Assembly (NCBI GenBank): GCA_039589375.1
Contig: JBDHHL010000002.1
Span: 1 to 55,666 of the forward strand
DNA: 55,666 nt
From: Gemmatimonadota bacterium
GTDB lineage: Bacteria > Gemmatimonadota > Gemmatimonadetes > Palauibacterales > KS3-K002
Direction: 5' to 3'
Shown: piece after piece, positions 11,491 through 20,981 of the stretch
Layout of the letters: each line of letters starts with the position of its first letter
Numbering within the stretch: the stretch's first letter is position 1
Made by a program: the position numbers and the translations under genes
The notes under the pieces: model-generated
What the model was told of the DNA's origin: nothing
Seen by the model: only the letters and a program-made list of their open reading frames with translations
The model's database searches: none

Positions 11491-11955
11491 TCAGCTACCC
11501 TTGCTGAGGGTGAAGACGTACGCTGCCGCGGCCGCGGCCTGCTCGTCACTGATGCCGCTGCCACCCTTCGCGGGCATCGCCGTACCGACTGTAGACGCGC
11601 TGGCGTCAACGCCTTCCATGACCGTCTTCACGATACCCTGGTAGGACCCATCGCCGTGAGCCCACTCGTCGTCCGTCAGGTTTGCACCGAGACCCGGGAC
11701 ACCGGTCCCATCCGCACCATGACAAACGTTGCATAGACCGGCGCCGCCAAATATCTCCTGGCCCTGTGCGACCATCTCCATGGTGACGCCCTCGGGCAGC
11801 TGCACCTCGGCCTGCTGTTCGGCCTGGGGTGCCTCAGCCGCAGCAACCTCGCCGGATGCCGCTTCTTGCTGGCCAGGCTCGCCGCCGCCACAGGCCGCCA
11901 TGACCGTGAGGCCGAGCACGACTCCCAACATCGTCAAACCGCGCTTGCGAAGCAT
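11491..11955 (-). CDS. Class I c-type cytochrome, lipoprotein
   Basis: ATG at 11953-11955 preceded by GGAGGGG. Signal and lipobox [22 protein letters not shown]. Haem motif CNVCH. Distal Met in GTAMPAKGG. Confidence 0.8.
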   Translation of the reverse strand: MLRKRGLTMLGVVLGLTVMAACGGGEPGQQEAASGEVAAAEAPQAEQQAEVQLPEGVTMEMVAQGQEIFGGAGLCNVCHGADGTGVPGLGANLTDDEWAHGDGSYQGIVKTVMEGVDASASTVGTAMPAKGGSGISDEQAAAAAAYVFTLSKGS

Positions 11956-12125
11956 CTGAACCCCTCCAGTGTGGTTTAAGGGCAACTCACCGTGAGCGTG
12001 TCTCAGCGCACGAACCGATCGGAGTCTTCCAGCGGATGGTCGGGGCCCATCAGCAAGCTGCAAATCAACTCGGATGCTATCGTTATCAGCCATCGATAAT
12101 ACCGGGGTCGCTGCAACGCGTCAAG

Positions 12126-12863
12126 CTAATCCCGCCCTGCTCGCTCTCTCGGCAAGCCACATTTCGCACAGAACCGCCAAGCCGGCTCCAGTTCAGTGCC
12201 GCAGGCCTTGCATACCCCCGTCGTTACGGGGGAACCACAGAACGGACAATAGGAAGCGCTATCGGGGACCTCGACCCCACACGTATGACAAAGCTCCAGG
12301 GTCTCTCGCGGCATCTCGGCGGCGTCCGGGCTATGCGCTACACCCCCGCCGACACTTGCGTCAATCGCATCGGGGACCGGGCTTGCGGCGGGAGACTCGG
12401 ATCCGGCCGTCGCCTCTTCCAGATTCGCAGGTTCGACATCGGGGTCCGGTGCGAGTTCCCTGATGTCCACCGCGTCGGTCGCCCAATCCGCCCGCTCGCG
12501 CAGCTCGGGCGGCGCGTAGCGTATGTCGCCGGGCGGAGGGATCCCTACAGGATTGAGCGATACACGATGCTCCGGGAACGACTGATAGCGCCGAATATCG
12601 GGCAGCACCTCCTCGAGGCCTGCTCGCAGGTTGCCCTGCATTTCGCCGTCGCCCAGCAGGTAGCCTCTTTCGCCCGAGAGCAACCGAGAGAGAGCCACCT
12701 CGTACTCGTCGTTGGAGCTGAAGCCGATCGAATTGCGGATCCGCCGGTACGGGACCAGTTGCTCATGAAGCTCGAAAACCGTGAGCGATCTAGTCAGTGC
12801 CGACGGCTGTTGCCGGCGCAAGCTCTCCACAAGCTCGACATAGAGACGATCCAGGTCGTCCAT
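12126..12863 (-). CDS. Hypothetical protein with a C-terminal double zinc-ribbon
   Basis: C-terminus CHTCGVEVPDSASYCPFCG...CKACGTELEPAWRFCAKCG. The internal ATG at 12863 was chosen to avoid overlap with the upstream gene, whose stop is at 12901. Confidence 0.6.
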   Translation of the reverse strand: MDDLDRLYVELVESLRRQQPSALTRSLTVFELHEQLVPYRRIRNSIGFSSNDEYEVALSRLLSGERGYLLGDGEMQGNLRAGLEEVLPDIRRYQSFPEHRVSLNPVGIPPPGDIRYAPPELRERADWATDAVDIRELAPDPDVEPANLEEATAGSESPAASPVPDAIDASVGGGVAHSPDAAEMPRETLELCHTCGVEVPDSASYCPFCGSPVTTGVCKACGTELEPAWRFCAKCGLPRERAGRD

Positions 12864-12900
12864 GGCGTCGTAAGCCCGCCTCGCTATCAGTTCTGTCTGC

Positions 12901-13995
12901 CTACTCCTCGCGCTCGAAGAGATAGGCGCTGTCTTCGTGACGATTCCCGGCAGAATCACACACCGAAAACCGACTTCCCGACCAAATGGCGGCGGCCCCG
13001 TATTCGCCGCGCTTGTTCACGGCGTAGAAGTTGACGTTGAAGTTGGGCTTGCCCTCTTCGTCAAGCAGTCGTTTCTCGGTCGTGAGATGGGCGATTCTCG
13101 CGAGCGCCGCCAGGCAGGCATCCTTCGGCGCCTGGCCGCGCCTCATGAACTCGACGATCATCATCGAACCGCAGCTCTTGATCACCGCCTCGCCGCGTCC
13201 CGTAGAGCCGGCCGCCCCAACATCATTGTCCACGTAGAGACCGGCCCCGATGATCGGGCTGTCCCCGACGCGGCCGGGCACCTTGAACGCCAAGCCTGAC
13301 GTCGTTGTCACGCCCGACAGCTCACCGGCTGCATTGACCGCACAACAGTTGATCGTGCCATAATGGCGCTTTCCTTCCCAGGCGTCGATGAGGCCGAATT
13401 CCGTGATACCCTCCTCGGACTGCTCCGGTGTCAGGTAGTCGTCGTCCGGACTGAGCCGGCTTCGCCAACGCAGCCAGACGCGCCGCGCCCGGTCGGTCAG
13501 GAGTTCCTCCTCCTCGAAGCCCATCTCACGAGCGAATTGCGCGGCACCCGCTCCGACCAAGAACACGTGGTCTGTGTACTGCATAATTGTCCTGGCCACC
13601 TGGGCGGGGTGCTTGAATCCCTCGAGCGCTCCAACGGCGCCGGCGCCGCGTGTTGGGCCGTGCATCACGGACGAGTCCAGCTGAACCACGCCCAGCGCGT
13701 TGGGTAGTCCGCCGTAACCGACGCTCGTGTCCTCCGGATCCGCTTCGACGATGCCCACGCCTTCCACGACGGCGTCCAAAGTGTCCACTCCGGACCCCAT
13801 CAGCTCCATGGCGCGCTCGGTCGCAGGCAGTCCGTTTCGACTCGAGATGACCACAGGGCCGCCTTGCGGGCCCAGCCGGCTCGGCGCTCGCGGGCTCGCC
13901 TCCAACGAGTCGGCGGCGATCAATTTCCCACCCAGCGCGCCTAAGCCCACCATCGTTCCAGCCTTCAAGAATTCACGGCGCGTCGGCCGATTCAT
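12901..13995 (-). CDS. Ntn-hydrolase of the asparaginase-2 family (glycosylasparaginase or isoaspartyl peptidase), Tat-exported
   Basis: Tat motif TRREFLKAG. Autoprocessing site HYGTINCCAV. GRVGDSPIIGAGLYVD and GAAGSTGRGE motifs. RBS GGGAGGAAG. Confidence 0.85.
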   Translation of the reverse strand: MNRPTRREFLKAGTMVGLGALGGKLIAADSLEASPRAPSRLGPQGGPVVISSRNGLPATERAMELMGSGVDTLDAVVEGVGIVEADPEDTSVGYGGLPNALGVVQLDSSVMHGPTRGAGAVGALEGFKHPAQVARTIMQYTDHVFLVGAGAAQFAREMGFEEEELLTDRARRVWLRWRSRLSPDDDYLTPEQSEEGITEFGLIDAWEGKRHYGTINCCAVNAAGELSGVTTTSGLAFKVPGRVGDSPIIGAGLYVDNDVGAAGSTGRGEAVIKSCGSMMIVEFMRRGQAPKDACLAALARIAHLTTEKRLLDEEGKPNFNVNFYAVNKRGEYGAAAIWSGSRFSVCDSAGNRHEDSAYLFEREE

Positions 13996-14019
13996 GGCTT
14001 CCTCCCGTTCAGTGGTGCG

Positions 14020-14286
14020 TCAGTCCTCGCCTCTCATACTATCCAGCTGCGCAACGACATCACGAATCCGCCGCGCCATCTTCCCTATCGCCTCCACGCC
14101 TCTCTTCTGCTCGGCGCTCAACTGGTCCGCGTCCATCAACAGAAGCTCCGCTTCGGCCATTATCGCGGTAAGCGGCGTACCGACGTCGTGGCGGAAGTCT
14201 TTGACAGCCTGCACCAAACGATCCAGCTGCGCGTCGCCACGCTCACTACCCCCTGCCTCACTCATGCATCCCCCAAACTCGATCAT
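14020..14286 (-). CDS. Stand-alone HisKA (DHp) domain mini-protein, no ATPase domain
   Basis: 88 aa. H-box FRHDVGTPLTAIMAEAELLL followed by a second helix. ATGA overlap with the upstream CNNM gene stop. Confidence 0.6.
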   Translation of the reverse strand: MIEFGGCMSEAGGSERGDAQLDRLVQAVKDFRHDVGTPLTAIMAEAELLLMDADQLSAEQKRGVEAIGKMARRIRDVVAQLDSMRGED

Positions 14287-15638
14287 CCGCCTTCGCCGGG
14301 GCGTGCCTCCCCATCTACGTCGGCGTTGTCATCTCGCTTCACCAACAGAACGTAGCGTACACGGCGCTCGTCCACCGTCCTGACCACCAGTTCGGCACCC
14401 TCGACATGTACAGAGTCGCCAGGCCTCGGTACGTGCCCCAACTCGCCGAGTATGAATCCGCCCAGAGTATCGTAGTCCTCCAAGGGCAGATCCAACCCGA
14501 AGCGCTCCTTCACCTCGTCGAGTGGCGCGCCACCGTCGATCAGGACCTCGCCTCGAGGTGTTGTCGTAACCATGGGTCGTGCAACGTCGTGCTCGTCGTA
14601 GATCTCGCCGACGATCTCTTCGATCAGGTCCTCCAGTGTGACGAGGCCATCGGTGCCGCCGAACTCATCCACGACTATCGCCATGTGGACCTTCATGCGG
14701 CGGAATTCGGCCAGCAGATCGTCGACCGACTTCGTGTCGGGCACGAAGTTGGGTTCGCGCATGATCAAGGACACGTCGAAATCGGCATGCTGCCCGGAGG
14801 CAGCGAGAGGCAGAATGTCCTTCACCAGCACTATCCCCACTACGTTGTCCAGGCTCTTATCGTAAACCGGAAGTCGTGAGTGCCCCGAACGACTGGTGAC
14901 TTGGACAAGCTCGTCGAGTTTCACATCGACCGACACCGCCACGATATCGGGGCGTGGCGTCATCACTTCCCTCGCCATGGTCCGCGTGAGCTCGAAGACG
15001 CCGGTGATCATCTCCTCTTCGTCGTGCTCGACCTTGCCCATCTCCCGCGCTCGCTCGACCAGCAGCAACAGCTCCCACCGACTGTGTACTCGCTCCGCCT
15101 CACTGGGCAGACGCACGCCGAAAATGCGCAGGAGCGCGTTGGCCGACTCGTTGACCGACCAGATGAGGGGACTGCCAAGCCGCGTGAAAGCGATCAGGGG
15201 CTTGGTAAGCCAGCGCGCGAGCTGCTCGGGGTGGAGAATCGCCACGGTCTTCGGTGCCACCTCGCCCAACACCACGTGGAGGTAGGTGATCGCGGTGAAG
15301 GCGAGGAATACGGCCACCGCGTGGCGAGCGATCCAGCTGAAGGGACTGGGCAGGCCGGAGAACAGAGAGACCAGCGTCTCGGCGATAGCCGGTTCACCGA
15401 TCCACCCCAGCCCCAGAGAAGCTAACGTGATCCCGACCTGACAAGACGAGAGATACAGGTTCAGTTCGGCCTGAGCCGTGCGGACCGCACGTGCCAAACG
15501 ATCTCCTCGCTCGGCCATCCCAGCCAGCCGCGTATCGTCGGCGCTGACCAGTGCGAATTCTGCTGCGACGAAGAAACCGTTGGCGCCCACCAGAAGCAGG
15601 ACGGCCAGCAATCTCCAAGCGACTTCAATCGCTGTCAT
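14283..15638 (-). CDS. CNNM/CorB-type transporter (DUF21 + CBS pair + CorC_HlyC), 'hemolysin family' protein
   Basis: N-terminal DUF21 (GFFVAAEFALVS...CQVGITLASLGLGWIGEP). CBS pair region. C-terminal CorC/HlyC-like GDSVHVEGAELVVRTVDERRVRYVLL. ATG 15636-15638 was chosen; the track start is a TTG at 15656. Confidence 0.88.
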   Translation of the reverse strand: MTAIEVAWRLLAVLLLVGANGFFVAAEFALVSADDTRLAGMAERGDRLARAVRTAQAELNLYLSSCQVGITLASLGLGWIGEPAIAETLVSLFSGLPSPFSWIARHAVAVFLAFTAITYLHVVLGEVAPKTVAILHPEQLARWLTKPLIAFTRLGSPLIWSVNESANALLRIFGVRLPSEAERVHSRWELLLLVERAREMGKVEHDEEEMITGVFELTRTMAREVMTPRPDIVAVSVDVKLDELVQVTSRSGHSRLPVYDKSLDNVVGIVLVKDILPLAASGQHADFDVSLIMREPNFVPDTKSVDDLLAEFRRMKVHMAIVVDEFGGTDGLVTLEDLIEEIVGEIYDEHDVARPMVTTTPRGEVLIDGGAPLDEVKERFGLDLPLEDYDTLGGFILGELGHVPRPGDSVHVEGAELVVRTVDERRVRYVLLVKRDDNADVDGEARPGEGG

Positions 15639-15654
15639 TTCGGATCGGCTGCAC

Positions 15655-15685
15655 AAGAAAAAGCCCCGGCGACGACACCAGGGCC
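15655..15685 (-). terminator. Rho-independent terminator-like hairpin after the small ORF
   Basis: Minus strand reads GGCCCTGG-TGTCGTCG-CCGGGGCT followed by TTTTTCTT. The stem has one G.U pair. Confidence 0.45.
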
Positions 15686-15702
15686 ATCAGGGATTGCGCG
15701 CG

Positions 15703-15978
15703 TTAGCTACTCCCCTTCGCCTCGACGCTATTCGTGCCGCCGTACGGCGTCACCGGCCGGCAGTAGCGCCGGCCCAACTCGCTGAGCTGGTCTAGCTCCT
15801 CCTCGGTGACTCCGGGATAGCGTTTGGCCATGTACTCCATGGTTTCCCTGAACCAGACATCCTGTTGATCGTCGGTGGCCCCGAGTACACCGCACCGCCT
15901 GATCTGGCCGAATAGCTCGTCGCGCGCCTTGTCGAACGTCGAAGTCCCGTTCTTGCCCCCCTTCTTACGTTTGCTCAC
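15703..15978 (-). CDS. Small hypothetical protein (91 aa) with a basic N-terminus
   Basis: GTG start with a strong GGAGG 5 nt upstream. Followed by the terminator-like hairpin. MSKRKKGGKNGTSTF... No family recognised. Confidence 0.55.
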   Translation of the reverse strand: MSKRKKGGKNGTSTFDKARDELFGQIRRCGVLGATDDQQDVWFRETMEYMAKRYPGVTEEELDQLSELGRRYCRPVTPYGGTNSVEAKGSS

Positions 15979-16080
15979 GAATCCTCCTATACCTACAATT
16001 AGTCCGCCTTGACTGAATGACGGAGCATCGATACCAAAAGCTGGTTGGACTGGACTTAATTATACTGGCCCGCCCACAAC

Positions 16081-17691
16081 ATGCAAACGGCGAGAGCTGA
16101 CATGGCGGAAACCATGGATCCGGTTCGCCTCGAGGTCTACCGCTCGCTCTTCCATGGCATCGCCGAGGAGATGGGGGCCGCGCTGCGGCGGAGTGCCTAC
16201 TCCCCCAACATCAAAGAGCGGCGAGACTACAGCTGTGCCATCTGCGATCCGCAGGCGGCACCGGTGGCCTTGGGCGATCACATGCCCGTGCACCTGGGCG
16301 CGATCCCGCAGAGCGTGCGGGCTGCCTTGGCCGGGCGGAGCTTGGAAGACGGCGACGTCGTCGTCCTCAACGATCCTTTCCACGGTGGCACTCATCTGCC
16401 CGATCTAACTGCCGTTCGCGGCGTGTGGCTGGACGGATCAGAGGCCCCGATCGCATACGTAGCGTCGCGTGCCCATCACGCCGACGTAGGGGGAAGCGCA
16501 CCGGGCTCGATGCCGCTGTCACAGGAGATATTTCAGGAAGGGATTCGCATACCGCCCGTGCTCTTGGTACGACGCGGCAAGCTGCAAAGGGACATCTGGA
16601 GCCTGCTCCTGACAAACGTGCGTACCCCCAAGGAACGGGAAGGCGACCTCCAAGCGCAAGCCGCCGCTCTAGATGTGGGCGTCCGCCGGCTTCGCGAGCT
16701 AGCCAGCCGCCGGGGCGCCGATTCGCTCCGCCTCGCCTTCTCGGCCCTGTCGTCTTATGCCGATCGGCTGGTTCGCAGCGTGATCGAGCAGATCCCTGAC
16801 GGCGAGTATCGAGCCGAGGACGCTATGGACGACGACGGCGTCGGCACGGACAGAATCCGAATCGTCGCATCGGTGCGAGTAAGCGGCCAAGAGATGCACG
16901 TCGATTTCAGCGGGTCGGGCCTGCAGTGCCCCGGGAACATCAACGCCGTTTCGGCGATTACGGAATCAGCAGTCCGCTACGTGCTCCGCTGCGTAGCCGA
17001 AGCGATCCTGGGCATCTCTCTGCCCGCGGGTGGCGGCGGCTTGGCATCGGTGAGCATCGTGACACCGCCGGGGACGGTGGTGAACGCCCTGCCGCCGGCA
17101 GCGGTCGCAGCGGGGAACGTAGAGACGTCGCAGCGGATCGTGGACACGGTGTTCCGCGCGCTCGCTTTTGCTCTGCCGGATCTAGTGCCGGCCTGCTCGA
17201 GCGGAACGATGAACAACTTCACCGTGGGAGGCGTGGACCCAGCGACCGGTGAGGCATTCGCTTACTATGAGACCGTGGCCGGCGGCATGGGCGCGAATCG
17301 CGAAAGAGGCGGACTCTCGGGCGTCCACACGCACATGACCAACTCGCTTAATACACCCGTGGAGGCGCTGGAGCACGCGATCCCGGTACGCGTGCGTCAC
17401 TACTCGCTCCGCCGGGGCTCGGGTGGAGACGGGAATCGGCGAGGAGGAGACGGACTGCGCCGAGATATCGAGCTACTCACCAAGGCAAGCATTTGCGTCC
17501 TCTCGGAACGCCGTCGCCTCGCCCCGTGTGGGGCAGCCGGAGGTACAGCCGGCGCGCGCGGCGAGAACTGGTTGCACCGAGACGGCGAGTGGACCGAATT
17601 GCCCGGTAAGTTCACCACGGTGGCTGAGCCAGGCGATATCCTCAGCATACGAACCCCAGGAGGCGGAGGTTGGGGAAGCGAAAGATCCTGA
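16081..17691 (+). CDS. Hydantoinase B / oxoprolinase family protein (HyuB-like)
   Basis: RLEVYRSLFHGIAEEMGAALRRSAYSPNIKERRDYSCAI, NDPFHGGTHLPD and TPGGGGWG are typical of the family. No HyuA partner is in the window. Confidence 0.88.
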   Translation: MQTARADMAETMDPVRLEVYRSLFHGIAEEMGAALRRSAYSPNIKERRDYSCAICDPQAAPVALGDHMPVHLGAIPQSVRAALAGRSLEDGDVVVLNDPFHGGTHLPDLTAVRGVWLDGSEAPIAYVASRAHHADVGGSAPGSMPLSQEIFQEGIRIPPVLLVRRGKLQRDIWSLLLTNVRTPKEREGDLQAQAAALDVGVRRLRELASRRGADSLRLAFSALSSYADRLVRSVIEQIPDGEYRAEDAMDDDGVGTDRIRIVASVRVSGQEMHVDFSGSGLQCPGNINAVSAITESAVRYVLRCVAEAILGISLPAGGGGLASVSIVTPPGTVVNALPPAAVAAGNVETSQRIVDTVFRALAFALPDLVPACSSGTMNNFTVGGVDPATGEAFAYYETVAGGMGANRERGGLSGVHTHMTNSLNTPVEALEHAIPVRVRHYSLRRGSGGDGNRRGGDGLRRDIELLTKASICVLSERRRLAPCGAAGGTAGARGENWLHRDGEWTELPGKFTTVAEPGDILSIRTPGGGGWGSERS

Positions 17692-18488
17692 CAGCCGAAG
17701 GGCTGCGCCAAGGCATACGAACGACTCGAATCGTAGTCGCCCGACGCGTGCGCGTTGGGGAGTACCGCTTCTTCTTGAGTGAGGGAGGTTTTGGTGCCCC
17801 CCTGCTCATGCTGCACGGTCTGGGCGCGTCCAGCAAATGGTGGTACCCGCTCTTCCCGGAACTCACGTCCGAGAACTTCCGGATAGTCGCACCGGACCTT
17901 CCCGGTTTTGGTCAGTCGCGCGGCAAGGCCATGACTGTGAAATCGACAGCACGCATCGTAGTCGAACTGGCCGATCGCCTCGGGCTGGGGCAGTTCTTCC
18001 TCTGCGGTCACTCGATGGGGGCCGCGATCGCCGCGCAAGTGGCAGCCGACGTGGGTGCCCGAGTGCGACGGGTGGCCTTGATCGACAGCGCTGGGATCGC
18101 CGGCCGACGGGGCGCACGCTGGCTTGGCCGGCTTGCGCAACCGTGGTCCTGGTGCCCGGCCGGGTTCTACACCACGCTGTTCGGCGACCTCTTGAGGGCC
18201 AGGCCGCGGAACTTGATCGAAAGCGCTCACCATCTCAGACGCTACGACATTCTGCCCGTGCTCGAGCTCATCCGGGTGCCCACGCTGCTCTTGTGGGGCG
18301 AGAAGGACAGCCTCACGCCGCTGGAACACGGAGAGATCATGGCAGGGAAGCTCCGCGATGGTCGCCTAGAGGTGATCCCGAAGGCCAAGCACTTGCCGAT
18401 GGTCAGCCACCCGGAAACAACATCGCGGCTTATGGTGAACTTCTTTCGGGAGGACTTGAAGTCGAGGGGCCGAGCAGATGCCGGGTGA
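17670..18488 (+). CDS. Alpha/beta-fold hydrolase
   Basis: LMLHGLGASSKWW, nucleophile elbow GHSMGA, C-terminal KHLPMVSHPE. TTG start preceded by AGGAGGCGGAGG. 22-nt overlap with the hyuB-like gene. Confidence 0.85.
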   Translation: MGKRKILTAEGLRQGIRTTRIVVARRVRVGEYRFFLSEGGFGAPLLMLHGLGASSKWWYPLFPELTSENFRIVAPDLPGFGQSRGKAMTVKSTARIVVELADRLGLGQFFLCGHSMGAAIAAQVAADVGARVRRVALIDSAGIAGRRGARWLGRLAQPWSWCPAGFYTTLFGDLLRARPRNLIESAHHLRRYDILPVLELIRVPTLLLWGEKDSLTPLEHGEIMAGKLRDGRLEVIPKAKHLPMVSHPETTSRLMVNFFREDLKSRGRADAG

Positions 18489-18500
18489 GGAGATGCGCTA

Positions 18501-19277
18501 CTACATCTCCTCGGTCAGCAGCTCACCCGCTGTGTATTCTGTCAGCTCGAGGATCACCGAACCAACCTTGAGCTTGGTAACGAGTTTGACCGGCACACGA
18601 CGCTCGTCGTCGGTGATGTAGATCTCGGCCTCGCCACCCTCAGAGAAGAGACCACCTGCCTTTATGATCGGGCGGACCACGATCGTCGAGTATTCGCCTG
18701 CAGGTACCTTGACCCTGTCACGCCGCAGCACCTCGAGGATCACCGGGTTCCGATCGAGCTGGTAGTACCGGTTCCACTCGTATCTCTCACCGACCTCCAG
18801 CGGTACCGAACGTACAAAGTAGACGAACGAGGCATCGTCCAAGGCGCCCTGCGGAATCGGCCCAGTCTCTCCATCGTGGCGACTGTAGACCCCACTTTCG
18901 AGATCGAACTCATATACGCGGTAACGCTCGTAGCTCCCCTGCTTGGAGTCCTGCAGGTAACGCCGACTGGCAAGCTGAATGATATCCAGCCATGACTCCT
19001 GTTTGTCGATCAGCTTGTAGAACGGCGTGGAGCCTTGAATGACGGACTGCAGGTGATACGTGGCGTAGCCGGCAACGGTGTCTATCCCTTCGACGACCAT
19101 GAACGCGCTGCCGACCTTTAGCGGTCCGAACTTGACTCGATAATCCAGACGCTCGCCGACGCCATAAGGCACCGCGGCCGGAGTTCCCGTGGTCGCCGGG
19201 TCTGGCGGCCCGTCCTGGGCAACCGCATGCGACGGAGTCCAAAGCAGAACAAGTGCGAGCAGCGTATATCGCGTCAT
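18501..19277 (-). CDS. DUF3108-family protein (secreted)
   Basis: Start MTRYTLLALVLLWTPSHAVAQ at 19277 forms an ATGA overlap with the GT2 stop. ERLDYRVKFGPLKVG...YITDDERRVPVKL pattern is typical of DUF3108. Confidence 0.75.
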   Translation of the reverse strand: MTRYTLLALVLLWTPSHAVAQDGPPDPATTGTPAAVPYGVGERLDYRVKFGPLKVGSAFMVVEGIDTVAGYATYHLQSVIQGSTPFYKLIDKQESWLDIIQLASRRYLQDSKQGSYERYRVYEFDLESGVYSRHDGETGPIPQGALDDASFVYFVRSVPLEVGERYEWNRYYQLDRNPVILEVLRRDRVKVPAGEYSTIVVRPIIKAGGLFSEGGEAEIYITDDERRVPVKLVTKLKVGSVILELTEYTAGELLTEEM

Positions 19278-19996
19278 AGCCCCCTCAACAAGCCAATGTA
19301 ATCCCTCGCCGCTTGCCAAAGCGAAAGCCGGCTCCGCCGGGCCCGAAGATCGTAACGGGGCTCCGAGACCGTTTCCTCGACGCGCCGCGTGTGCGGGGCC
19401 ACCGCCATTAGAAGCTCCACACTGGCCGCCCAGCCGTCACGCCTCAGCAGACGATCGCCGTCGAGTTCCTTCAGCGTCTTCTTGAGCAAACCTACGCGAT
19501 AAGCGCGAAGTCCAGACAGCGGGTCGCTCACTTCCTTGGGAAAAGCGTACTTCCTTTCCAGCCACGGCAGCCCCCTGCGCAAACAACGAACAGCGAGCGG
19601 CACCGTTCTCTCATTCGGTGGTTGCGCGGAGACGACGAGATCAGCGCCCCCTTCCACCCGTTTCACCATGGCCGGGATCGCCGTTGGCTCGTCGGTGAAG
19701 TCGGCCTGGAGGGTGACAGCCACGTCACGCCTCGGGTACGATGCGCGTGCGACCACCTCTCTCAATAGACGCTCCAGCGATGCGCCGTGCCCCTGCCGCC
19801 GCTCGTTGCGCAGAAGATCGAGGGGAAGAACCTGTGAGTAGGGTGTTACGATCTCCAGAGTCTGATCGGTCGAGGCATCATCGAGGAAGAGTACGCGGTA
19901 ATCGCGATTGAAGTCCGACATGACCTGCCGGACCTTCCAGAGAAGGACGCCGGCGGTATGCTCTTCATTGTGGGCAGGAATGCAAATGTATATCAC
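19274..19996 (-). CDS. Family 2 glycosyltransferase
   Basis: MIYICIPAHNEEHTAGVLL...VLFLDDASTDQT (GT-A fold DxD region). Confidence 0.85.
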   Translation of the reverse strand: MIYICIPAHNEEHTAGVLLWKVRQVMSDFNRDYRVLFLDDASTDQTLEIVTPYSQVLPLDLLRNERRQGHGASLERLLREVVARASYPRRDVAVTLQADFTDEPTAIPAMVKRVEGGADLVVSAQPPNERTVPLAVRCLRRGLPWLERKYAFPKEVSDPLSGLRAYRVGLLKKTLKELDGDRLLRRDGWAASVELLMAVAPHTRRVEETVSEPRYDLRARRSRLSLWQAARDYIGLLRGL

Positions 19997-20094
19997 TGTG
20001 AATACAACGACCTATCTATTCGGGCCCGTTCCGGTCAGGACCCGTCCCAAGCGGCAATCCATGTGACCGGCTTTGTCCTAATACCAGCGGCCCG

Positions 20095-20883
20095 CTAGGC
20101 TGTTCCCGGCGGTTGCCATTTCCAGCGCCTATGATGCCAAAAATACTGCTCGGGGTAAAGCCGCACCCGACGCTCGACCTCCGCCACCCAGCGCCGGGTC
20201 AGATCAATGACCTGGTCTCTCGCATCCACTCCCTCGGCCGGATCCAATCGAATAGTCCAGGCATGGTACTGACGCGGACCGACCCTGTGAGCGCCTCCCA
20301 CGAAGAACGGCGTTCCAGTGCGAAGCGCCAGTAACGCCGGCGACCTGTGAGTGGACGCGGGCCTGCCGAAAAACGGTATGAACACGCCCTTATCTCGCGC
20401 GTCCTGATCGGCGACGAACGCGACCACTCGACCCTCCGCGAGGCTCGCGGCCATCCGATTCCACGCGTTGGCATGGAATATCAATCCCATTCCGAGATTA
20501 CCACGCATCTCCTCCACGTACCGGCTCACGCTGCGGTTCGCGAGTCTCAGCATGACGGCGTCGACGGGAAAGCCGCCTGCCGCCAACGCGGAACCGGCCA
20601 ACTCCCAATTCCCGAAGTGGGCGCTGACAACGACCACACCGCGCCCCTCATCGAAAGCCGATTGGAAGGAATCCCGACCATCCCATTCGACCAGCCTGCG
20701 CCGCACCTCGTCCAGGCCCCCGCGCATGAGCGCAGCTAGCCCGAGCGCTTCTCCGCCTACGTGCTCGAAGCAAGCTTTCGCCGTGAAGCGTACCCACTCC
20801 TCGTCCTTTTCGGGGAACGCCTTAGCGATCTGGGTCTCGACTACTTCGCGCCGCCAACCCGCCCTGTATGCCAACCGCCCCAA
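20095..20883 (-). CDS. Lipid A biosynthesis (LpxL/HtrB-family) lysophospholipid acyltransferase; the N-terminus probably extends upstream
   Basis: SAHFGNWELAG (HX4E-type motif region), FVADQD, PEQYFWHHRRWK. TTG start at 20883 is the first canonical start, but homologous sequence continues upstream (see findings). Confidence 0.8.
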   Translation of the reverse strand: MGRLAYRAGWRREVVETQIAKAFPEKDEEWVRFTAKACFEHVGGEALGLAALMRGGLDEVRRRLVEWDGRDSFQSAFDEGRGVVVVSAHFGNWELAGSALAAGGFPVDAVMLRLANRSVSRYVEEMRGNLGMGLIFHANAWNRMAASLAEGRVVAFVADQDARDKGVFIPFFGRPASTHRSPALLALRTGTPFFVGGAHRVGPRQYHAWTIRLDPAEGVDARDQVIDLTRRWVAEVERRVRLYPEQYFWHHRRWKWQPPGTA

Positions 20884-20981
20884 TCGCCGGCCAAGGTTCT
20901 CGCTCAGTGCCGGCGGCGTGCGTCCCAGTACGCCAAACGCCGAGCGCGTGATTGCAGATTCAAGGAAATGGCGCAGTCGTT

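Noticed and set aside
10305-11609. The full 434-aa version of the SPFH ORF in the track.
   Set aside because: The extension overlaps the cytochrome c gene (11491-11955 in another frame), is Arg/Pro/Ser-rich with visibly lower third-position GC, and adds no SPFH-family sequence. A TTG with a G-rich RBS sits right before the family's membrane hairpin.
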